A program made the position numbers and the translations under genes. The notes below the pieces were generated by a model. The model saw only the letters and a list, made by a program, of their open reading frames with translations, was not told the origin of the DNA and did not search any database. Positions 36,788-48,367 of a DNA stretch of 64,000 nt are shown piece by piece. Where the stretch lies: NCBI GenBank assembly GCA_964016885.1, contig OZ024744.1, positions 91,202,001 to 91,266,000 on the forward strand, written 5' to 3'. Source of the DNA: Eledone cirrhosa. Taxonomy: Eukaryota. Position 1 is the first letter of the stretch. Every line of letters begins with the position of its first letter.

Positions 36788-39425
36788 GTAAGGCTGTTGT
36801 TTTATATTTTTATTTTTATTTTATTTTATTTTTGCTTTGTGATCAGGTGTGACAACCTCTCTAGTGTTGGTGCCATGATAAAATACACACTGTAAGATGG
36901 TTAGCATTCAGAAAGGCACCCAGCTGTAGAAACCATGCCAAATATGGAACATATGAGCATGATGAGGTCACATAGTTCTGATGGCTGGATGCCCTTCATA
37001 ACAGCAACCACCTTGTAGAGTATACTGAGTGTGTTTTTCTATGGCAGTAACACTAACACTTTAAAGGGCATACCGGGTACATTTTATCATGACACCAGCA
37101 CTGTCGTATCCAGTCTCTCACCACATTTACTTTTAGTGTCACAGTGTATATACAGGAGATAAGGTCTTTTGTATAATGGCATATTCAGATATTGGAGGCA
37201 ATAGCAGTATCTGAAAGAAATTGTTATGGATTTCAGGTTATAACAAAGAATCTTTATTAGAGGTAAGTGAGAAAATAATTTTCTTTCAGGCCACATAAAG
37301 ATGTTTTCAACAAAAAAACCTTCTTCTTTGCCCACATATTCCTGTCAAAAGCAACCATCTCCATCTGATCTGGCTGGATCCCCCAAGCGAGACCAGCCAA
37401 GCTCATGGATATTATCCAACAATTTTCCTCGGGGTCTACCTCTGGGTCTCTTGCTGGTTGGTTTTGTCCAGCAATTCTTTCCGGAGACATTCTAACCACA
37501 TCCCCATAGTGTTGGAGCTGTGATCTCTCAATTCAGAGAAGTCGCATCTCTACCTGGAGTGACTCTCTTATCACTGAGCTACACACTTTATCGAGTAATG
37601 TTACTCCAAAGACCCTTTGGAGGAACCCCATTTCTGAAACAGTAAAAGTAATAACATATCATTGTTGGTGGCTGCTCACCTTACTGAAGTATCAATTGGT
37701 GCATGTGAGGGTGCTTGACTATTCCAGTATGTTAGCCTCGCTATCAGTTATGGTAATACTGTGAGTGTGTTGGCTTGTCTTAAAACTTTTTAGGGGGAAA
37801 CACCAGCAACCCCTTTTGTTATGCATTTCTTCTCCCTTTTTTTTTTTTATTTTCATTATCATTAATTTTTGTTGATTTCTTTCTTTTGTAAATCAAATTT
37901 TTATGACAGAAATTGCGTAATTATGTAAAGACAAAAAGAAAGAAAGAAACAAACAAACAAAACAAGCAAATAAAAAATAAAAATCTATATAATTGTGGTG
38001 CACTCACATGGTATTTGTCAATTGGCAGGAACCAGTTAAAGAGTATTCCACCCTCACATCACCCCAATAAATCTATACTTTGATGGAATTAATAGTAATA
38101 ATAAAAATTATTGTGTACAGTGCTCAGGTGCACTACAACATATTTTTTCACTAAATCATTTTAAATTCATTTTTTATTAGTTGGTCACTTTCTTTGCAAG
38201 GAGGAGAAATCTTTCTGAAATTTAAAAAAAAATTATAATATTTAATTTTATTTAATTACAATGTAACTACAATGTGTTTGTGTGTTTGAGTATGTGTGTG
38301 TAATTGTATGTATGTGAAAGCACGTGGTTTAGTGGTTAGAGAATTAGATTCGCAATCGTGAGAGTTTGATTCCCAGACCGGGCTAAGTATTATGTCCTTG
38401 AGCAAGACACTTTATTTCATTTTGCTCTTCTCTTTCTACCAGGAGTTGCGAATGGTAGATAGTATCACCGATGGAAAGACCAATGGAAACATTGCTTCCT
38501 TGTTCCGATTTGACAAGTAATTGAATGTGGGCCAGGATCTTGTCGATTGATTCCTCCCTATATGTGTGTGCGTGTGTGTGTGTGAGTGTGTGCGTGTGTG
38601 TGTGTGTGTGTAGTAATTGACAGTTGAAATCACAGAATAAAAGAAACTATAATAATAACCAAACTGAAATCCCAAATCAGTAATTTTCTTCTATTAACCT
38701 TTTGATGAAGGGATTTTATCCTGAAATATTAGAATCTATAAAGAACTGTAGAGTAACATCACAACATCATTGTTATCGTATGTTTAAGCGTTTACTCTCC
38801 AATTCATTTTGCAGTAACTTTCAAACAAAAAATGTTACATATATTATATATGCAGATTGAAGTTGAAGCAACGAATCGCTGCTTTGACCCTTAACGGGAT
38901 CTTCTGAAACAGGAGATCCCGTTAAGGGTGAAAGCATCGATTCTTTGCTTCAACTTTAATCTGTTATTTTAAGAAAAGAAAAAAAAAAAAATATATATAC
39001 TTTGTTTCTCCTATTATAGGACATTTTTTATATAACCCCCCCCCCCCCCCAAAAAAAAGAAGGCACTAGGGCTTATTTTCAGGGTAGGGCTATATTGGGC
39101 AGGAGTAGGTCTTGTAATAGGGGGAAACATGGTATATATATATATGCATGCACATGCACACATGTGTGTATCATGACTCGTGCACTGTTCATTTTACTGA
39201 TGTTTGTGCATTGCCCTATGTACTGTACATGCACTTTTTTGATGAGTTGTGGTGCACCTGGGCACTGTGCACAATATTTCATTATTGTTATTGTTATTAT
39301 ATCATGACTCGTACACTGTTCATTTTCCTGACATTTGTACATTATTCTATGTACTATACATGCACCTTTGATGAGTTGTAGTGCACCTGAGCACTGTACA
39401 CAATAATTTCATTATTATTATTATT

Positions 39426-39457
<32 letters not shown>

Positions 39458-41169
39458 CCATCTAACCCATGCTAGCGTGGAAGAACCGACATAAAACGGT
39501 GATGATGATATTTACATATTTACACATCCTTGGATGGCCGTTGTGTGTACATATGTATATGTATATATGTATATGCATGTGTGCATGTGTATGTAGATGC
39601 GCAGGGACATAGAAATAGTCGGTTAAACCACTGGGAGTGATGAACCCCTAGCCTTTGTCAGGACATTCTTCTAGGAGAAGACAACTCAGGAAACCGGGAT
39701 AACTCTGACATAAAACCCGCGGCTCAGTAGTTACCGGTAAATGTTGGTCTTTTCTTCTTTTCGGGTTAAAGCTACTGTCGCTCAGAGAGTGGGATTGGCT
39801 CAGTGCACAGTCTTTCCTCACTTTACAAAAAATCTTCATGCACAGGCATTGCACGATAGAATTAATTGATAATTATTAATAATGGTATATCATGCAATGG
39901 CCATACTGGATAACGAGGGGGCAGCCATCATATATGTATATATATATATATATATATCTCAGGATAAACTACTGATGTGAAGTGGTTTGGATCGCTAGGG
40001 TCTGCTTATCCTCAGGAAGTTACAATGAAACAACTAAGATAAACAACACTCTTCTGCAACTATATATCATCATCATCATCATCGTTTAACGTCCATATTC
40101 CACGCTTGCATGGGTTTATATATATATATTATTCACATACATATATATATGTATGTATGTAAAAGGTAAACAGAAATAACAACACAATCGGTACAGTATA
40201 TGGAAGGAATATATTAGGTTAATGCTTGATATAGCAGGAAGAGGGTCTTAACGTTTTGGATGCTAGTCCTTCATCAGAAGAAAGAATGAAAAAATAAAAT
40301 AAATTGAAGGGATGGGCGGGTTGGAATTGGAAAAAAAGTCTTTAGGTAAAAATAACAGGTCCATTCATGTTGACATCTCTTGCAAAACTGTAATTTCCTT
40401 TGATGTTATATACACAACAACAAACATGTCAAAATCATTTACCTTGCTAAAGTTTGCCTCACAGACACCAAGACAAGGTTTTTCATTTTGCTTTATCTTG
40501 TACTATCCTCTCCACCTCATCAAACCCCTTGTTTTTCATTACCTTTAGCCATGTCTTTCTTGGTCTTTCCCATTTCCATTGCCCCTCTTACTCAGTCTCT
40601 TTCATCTTTCTTCATCACATTCCATTTGCCTTCACAACATTCATCACTGGTTCTATTCTCATCATGCTCTGTAATTCCTTGTTTGTCTTCCTCTCTCTGA
40701 GTGATATTCCACTCATTCACCAGACCATTTTCTTTTCCATTTATCCAGCTTTCTCTGTTGCTCCATGTTCATCACCAATGTTTCTCTCCCATAAATCATG
40801 GGACTTCTCACACATGTAGCCTAAACTCTTCCCTTCTGTTTTTTTCCAGCTTTCTCTGTTGCTCCATGTTCATCACCCATGTCTCACTTCCATGAATCAT
40901 AAAACTTCTCACACATGAAGCATACATGGAAATTGTAACCATGATATACCATAAAACATAACAAAGTGACAAACAAAGCACTACTGTGTCTGTTTTCTCA
41001 TTTATTAATCATGTGACAACTTAAGAGAGTGTCTAGGATAAAATACCCAGGGACGCTTGCTGCATGAAAAACATTGTAGTAAAGTGAATGCTAACATGCT
41101 TGGTTTAGTTTAATTAATTTAATTAATTTAAATTATTCCTTTAGAGAAAAGAACAATTGTTATCTAAAT

Positions 41170-42050
41170 CAGTGATTCTCAACGTGGGCCCTCAAGGGGG
41201 GGGGGGGGGAATTATAAAAATTAGCCTGGATTTGGCCCAAGGAAAATAGCTGGTCTTTGAAACTCTATTTTTTTTTTCCATTGGCTTAAAATTATGAAAA
41301 CACAAACTGCTTTACTTTATTCAGAAATTATTTAACCCTTTAACATTTACATTACTCTATATTTACTATTGTATTTGCATGGTAAAGGATTTACCTAACA
41401 TAATTATTTCACATAATATTGAATCTATGAGATTTTGGTATCATTTATTTTGAGAACAATATACCTTAACATAAGTATGAACGGCCGGTTATGGCCGGTT
41501 TGAACAGAGAGAGGTAAGAGAATTCTGGTCGGATAAGGCCGGTTTAAATGTTAAAGGGTTGAATAAAATTTTCAATGTTCTTTTTTTTATAATAAATTAT
41601 ATTTTCAAATTGATTTAAACAAATTTGTGTGTGTGTGTGTGGGGGGGGGGGGTTATTTTGTGGTGTTAGAAAGAGCAATGTAGTAATTAGTCAGGGTTTA
41701 TATTTTCTACTACATTTTTATTTTTTTTATTTTGTAAATAATATTTATTTGTTGTTACATGGGATTTCTGTTTGTGTTTATATGAGCCTGACATATTTTT
41801 TTTTACCCCAAAATTATTTTTACACCTAAAATGTGGGCCTAAGGTTTTTTTAGACAAACAATCTGGGCTACAAGGCAGAAAAGGTTGAAAAATATCTTTG
41901 GTTTATGTCACCTCAGATATTTTCTGCTACATTTTGCTTTTGGAAATAAAATGTAATTCCTGTTACATGGAGTTTCTATGTTTATGTGGGCCTGAAATTT
42001 CTTTGACACCAATAATTGGCTTCAAGGAAGAAAAAGGTTGAGAAACTCAG
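41170..42050. mobile_element. hAT (Charlie-like) MITE containing a nested piggyBac MITE
   Basis: CAGTGATTCTCAAC ... GTTGAGAAACTCAG termini; 8-bp flanks ATCTAAAT / CTTTAAAT. Confidence 0.65.
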
Positions 42051-42895
42051 CTTTAAATGACTTACTTGAGTTTTTAAAAAAAAAGCACAGAGGAGGCAAA
42101 CCTGAAATTTTGATTAATTAAAAATTGATGGATCCTGCATTGGTTTCGACGAGGAGCATATAGTCAGTCACACAAAAAAGAAAAAAAAGGATCTGAATGG
42201 TTGACTTGTGAACTAACATATAGAGTGGTTGAGTATTCCTCGGACACATATACCACGGAGATAACATGAAGATAATTCTCATGGAGAATTAGCATGACAT
42301 AATATGTGATATGGATGTATGTATGAATTACTGGTACATTCCATCTGACTGCCTTCTGCACAGTTTATTGTCACACAGAATGTCATGCTGAATCTCCCTG
42401 AGAATTACGTTAAGGGTACATATGTCTGTGGAATACTCAGCCACTTACACTAAAATATAACATGGACTGTATCAGTAATTCAAAAGGCTAGCTTTGTCAC
42501 ACTGAATCTCCCTGAGAATTATGTAAATACATGTAAATACATGTAAATTTTGTGAACACTCATCGCTTCTCTCTTTCATACAACATCCTACTTCTCTTAA
42601 ACCCCGGCGGTAATTTGGGAGAGGGGTTATGCTGGCAGGCTGTTATATATATTCATCGGGTGGGTGTAAGCATGTGTGTGTGTGAGCGTGTGTGTGTGTG
42701 CATGTATGTGTATGTATCTGCATGATTTTTATTTCTAAGTCTAAAGTCTGTTTCGAGCCCAGGGGCTCATCAAGTTGGTGTTTATCCTGGTTTCCATATG
42801 GCATTAAGTGACTGAAATTACATGACACCACACCGGACAGGACAGGACACCAATCCATCGCAGGGTTAAACTCCCATTTATACTCATTTTAAGTT

Positions 42896-44410
42896 GAGTA
42901 TACTGGAGCAATGTGAAATGAAGTTTTTTGCTCAAGAACACAACACACAACCAAGGAATTGAACCCACAGCATTATGATCCCAAGTCCAACACCCTTACC
43001 ACTAGGCCACACACCTCCTCTGAGTATACTGGAGCAATGTGAAATGAAGTTTTTTGCTCAAGAACACAACACATAACCAAGGAATTGAACCCACAGCATT
43101 ATGATCCTAAGTCCAACACCATTACCACTAGGCCACACACCTCCTTTGAGTATACTGGAGCAATGTGAAATGAAGTTTTTTGCTCAAGAACACAACACAT
43201 AACCAAGGAATTGAACCCACAGCATTATGATCCCAAGTCCAACACCATTACCACTAGGCCACACACCTCCTCTGAGTATACTGGAGCAATGTGAAATGAA
43301 GTTTTTTGCTCAAGAACACAACACACAACCAAGGAATTGAACCCACAGCATTATGATCCCAAGTCCAACACCCTTACCACTAGGCCACACACCTCCTCTG
43401 AGTATACTGGAGCAATGTGAAATGAAGTTTTTTGCTCAAGAACACAACACATAACCAAGGAATTGAACCCACAGCATTATGATCCTAAGTCCAACACCAT
43501 TACCACTAGGCCACACACCTCCTCTGAGTATACTGGAGCAATGTGAAATGAAGTTTTTTGCTCAAGAACACAACACATAACCAAGGAATTGAACCCACAG
43601 CATTATGATCCTAAGTCCAACACCATTACCACTAGGCCACACACCTCCTTTGAGTATACTGGAGCAATGTGAAATGAAGTTTTTTGCTCAAGAACACAAC
43701 ACATAACCAAGGAATTGAACCCACAGCATTATGATCCTAAGTCCAACACCATTACCACTAGGCCACACACCTCCTTTGAGTATACTGGAGCAATGTGAAA
43801 TGAAGTTTTTTGCTCAAGAACACAACACATAACCAAGGAATTGAACCCACAGCATTATGATCCTAAGTCCAACACCATTACCACTAGGCCACACACCTCC
43901 TTTGAGTATACTGGAGCAATGTGAAATGAAGTTTTTTGCTCAAGAACACAACACATAACCAAGGAATTGAACCCACAGCATTATGATCCTAAGTCCAACA
44001 CCATTACCACTAGGCCACACACCTCCTTTGAGTATACTGGAGCAATGTGAAATGAAGTTTTTTGCTCAAGAACACAACACATAACCAAGGAATTGAACCC
44101 ACAGCATTATGATCCTAAGTCCAACACCATTACCACTAGGCCACACACCTCCTTTGAGTATACTGGAGCAATGTGAAATGAAGTTTTTTGCTCAAGAACA
44201 CAACACACAACCAAGGAATTGAACCCACAACATTATGATCCCAAGTCCAACACCCTTACCACTAGGCCACACACCTCCTCTGAGTATACTGGAGCAATGT
44301 GAAATGAAGTTTTTTGCTCAAGAACACAACACACAACCCAATCCAAGAATTGAACTCACAACATTATGATCATAAATCTGACCTCCTTACCACTAGATCG
44401 CACATCTCCA
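42896..44410 (-). repeat. Tandem array of 12 x 126-bp SINE heads (tRNA-like A/B boxes + CORE start), joined to a SINE body at 42740-42895
   Basis: Unit starts every 126 bp from 42896 to 44282; the minus strand has TGGCCTAGTGG and GGTTCAATTCC in units 1-11; the last unit is divergent. Confidence 0.95.
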
Positions 44411-44421
44411 CGATTTTTATT

Positions 44422-44454
<33 letters not shown>

Positions 44455-44797
44455 TTATTTATTTATTTTTTTTTTTGCAACATTCTTCAATCATTCATTA
44501 GTAATACTAATTAAATTCTTAATATAGTTCTTTAACTTGAGGGCAATAAAATGAGTAGAATTATTACCTGAAAACTAGGTTAGAGAGAGATACTGCTCAC
44601 TGAATGAAAAGCTTAAGTGTATGTACTCTCTAGGTCAATGGATATAGAAATGTTATTTGAGAAAGCTGGTTAGAAAGAAATGAGTAAGTTCAGTTAGTTT
44701 CCTTGGAGCTAGGATTGGAATCCATATTCATTTACAGTTTCTGCTTCATGTCACTCCATTAACTTTGACTCTTAATCTTTATAGCTTTACAGATTTA

Positions 44798-45680
44798 TGA
44801 GAGTCGGCTGAAAAGTTCATAAATTGAAAAGTTCATAGGCTGACCAAGATCCCCTCATGGAATAACCAAATGAAGTTTATTTTTCAATGTAGTCCCTAGA
44901 AAGAAACAATACAGTTATTTATAAGAAAAGTTGAAATTAATGCATGTAAGAATTCACAGCACTAGCATCACTCCTTCATAGCCAGCCTATGAACTTTTCA
45001 GCTTTTCAACCAACCCTCATATATATATATGTACATATACACTCACACAAGAGGTGGCTGAAAAATTGATAGGCTGACTAAGATCCTCTCATGGAATAAC
45101 TAAATGAGGTTTATTTTTTCAACATAGTTCCTAGAAAGAAAAAATGAAATTATTTATCTGAAAAGTTGAAATTAATGTATGCAAGATTTCACAGCTCTAG
45201 CATCACTCCTTCATAGGCTGACCAAGATACTCTCATGGAATGACCAAATGAGGTTTATTTTTCAACATAGTCCCTGGAAAGAAACAATGCAGTTATTAAT
45301 AAGAAGAGTTGAAATTAATCCATCCAAGATTTCACAGCTCTAGCATCCATCGCTCCTTCATAGACTGACCAAGATACTCTCATGGAATGACCAAATGAGG
45401 TTTATTTTTCAACATAGTCCCTGGAAAGAAACAATGTAGTTATTAATAAGAAGAGATGAAATCAATGCAAGCAAAATTTCACAGCTCTAGCATCACTCCT
45501 TCATAAGCTGACCAAGATACTCTCATGGAACGACCAAATGAAGTTTATTTTTCAACATAGTCCCTGGAAAGAAATAATGCAGTTATTAATAAGAAGAGTT
45601 GAAATTTTCACAGCAAGATTTCACAGCTCTAACATCGCTCCTTCATAGTCAGCATATGAACTTTTCAATCGACCCTCTTA
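44798..45680. mobile_element. Two mariner-type MITEs; the second (45050-45680) has four ~143-bp internal tandem units
   Basis: TIR GAGGGTTGGTTGAAAAGTTCATAGG-like / CCTATGAACTTTTC..CCCTC; units restart at ~45069, 45212, 45359, 45502. Confidence 0.8.
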
Positions 45681-48239
45681 CAGCTTTGGGAAAGCCATGA
45701 TTTAGCCGGGGGTCGTTATGTTGTGCTGTTGGGAGAAATAGAAAAATATATATATTCTTTATTTACATTTATTATGCTTTGGAAAATGGTTTTATATATC
45801 AAGACATTCTTAAAGACTCACACACATACACACTCATATATATGTAGACATTCACACACATACACACATACACACATACACATGAACGCACACACACACA
45901 CATTCATGCACACACCGAGACACATACACGCATTCATGCTCACACCGACGGGGACACACTCACACATTCATGCGTACACTGACACACACACACACACACT
46001 TGCATACATACACATGTATACACACACATGTATGCACACTTCGACATACCCATGCATACACACACCGACACACACACACATCCATGTACACACAGACACA
46101 TACACACACTTCTGTGTGTATGTGTCTGTGTGCATATACACTTGCATACACAGACAGTCCTATGCGAGCAAGACAACCACTCTTGCCTCAAGTGGGAAAA
46201 CCCCCGTCCAAACCCATGCAAGCGTGGAACAGGGACGTTAAACGATGATGATGATGATGATATATGTATGTGTGTGTGCATGCATGTGTCGTTTATGTGA
46301 GTATGTTTTCATGTGTGTGTGTGTGTGCGTGAGTATTTATACACATGTATATGTGTATGCATATGTATATTGGGTATTTGGGTGTGGATATGTGTGATGT
46401 ATTTGTGTGTATTATATGTATGTGCGTATGTATTATGTGTGTACATGTGCATTATATGTGTGTGTGTGTATGTATATTAGATGTAAGTGTGTGTGTATTA
46501 TTAGATGTATGTGTGTTTGTATTAGATGCAATAGGTATGTGTGTATATTACAAGTATGTATATGTATGTGCGTGTATTAGATGTATGTATATGTATATGT
46601 ATATACTAGATGTATGTATATGTGTATACTAGATATATGTAATGTATTATATACGCATTCATGCACACACCAACAGACACACACTCACACATACATGCAT
46701 ACATTGACACACACACACACATTTGCATACACACACGTGCATATACACACACGTGCATATACACACATGCTAGCATGGAAGATGGACGTTAAACGATAAT
46801 GATGATGATGATGATGAGGATGATGATTATATATGTGTGTGTGTGTGTTTATATATATATATATATATATAATTAGAAAGTAAACACAATATATAACTAC
46901 TCCATTACCAAAGGTTTCAGGACCCTTTTTTTTCTTTTTTCTTCGGAAATACTTAACATCATCATCATCATCATCATCATCAACGTTTAACGTCCGTGTT
47001 CCACGCTTGCATGGGTTTGGATGGGAGTTTTCCCACCTGAAGCAAGATTGGTTGTCCTGCTCGTATAGGACTGTCTGGCAGGTTTTCTACAGCTGGATGC
47101 CCTTCCTAACACCAACCACATTTACAGTGTGGAACTGGGAGGTTTTTACCGTGTTGCCTACACGGCCACATTACAGCGTGGACTGTCTGGCGGGTTTTCT
47201 ACAGTTGGATGCCCTTCCTAACACCAACCACATTTACAGTGTGGAACTGGGAGGTTTTTACCGTGTTACCTACACGGCCACATTACAGCGTGGACTGTGT
47301 GTTTTTTTGTCGTGACACCTACACGACCTCATTTGTTTAGGACTGGATGTTGTGGTACCAACATAACTTTACATTGAAAGGAGCGGCGTGGATGGGGTGG
47401 GGTGGGTGGGACGGGGGTGTATTTTGTTAGAGGTGCCTACTGACTGTAGTAGGTTTCACTTTGTACTTAGGCAAGGCGGGTCTTCTCTATTACTGTGTAG
47501 CGCCAAAGATCTCGGTCCAGTGACATTGTCTTGGAGAGGTGTAAGTGTGTGAGGTCAGAATTTATCAAGTCGTCCCAGGTTTTTCTGGGACGACTTGATA
47601 AATTCCGACCTCATATATATACATATATATATGTAGAGGTTATATTTAATTTGTTGGGATACATCAAGATAAAATATTTTTATAACTGATATAAAGCGCT
47701 CAACAAATTATTGGAGTAAATATACAATATATTAACAAATGGAAACTATATTTATAAAACCATATTTATTTCATTATACATATTTCAAGGGCCACCAAGG
47801 TAGATTATGGTGCACTTTCATTAGATAAAATATAATACAGATTAGTTTTATAAATAAATATTGACATGTGGAGGCACATGGCTTAGTGGTTAGAGCATTG
47901 GCCTTGCAATCGAAAGGTTGTGAGTTCAATTCTCAGACCGGGTGATGTGTTGTTTCCTTGAGCAAGACACTTTATTTCACATTGCTCCAGTTTACTCAGC
48001 TGTAGAAATGAGATGATAGGGACTGGGGTCCATATCATTCCACTGCAAAGTGGTTGCGGAGGTGCCACGGCAAAAAATGAGGTTGGTGTTAGGAAGGGCA
48101 TCCAGCTGTAGAAATCAAGCCAGAATCAGTTCCCATCCCACCCTTGCAAGCAGGGAAAAGCGGACGTAAAATGATGATGATGATGATGATGATACCCTGA
48201 AAAAATGCAACCTTACCGGTTGGAGCTTCCTGGATAGTA

Positions 48240-48273
<34 letters not shown>

Positions 48274-48367
48274 TTGTGTGTGTATATATATATATATGTG
48301 TGTGTGTTTGTGTGTATATGTGTGTGTTTGTGTGAATACATATATTTAGATATATGTGTGTGTTTGT

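Noticed and set aside
42896-44410. CRISPR array or tRNA gene cluster
   Set aside because: No unique spacers and eukaryotic context. Units lack a paired acceptor stem and run into CORE-like SINE sequence, so they are SINE heads. The same applies to 57173-58560.
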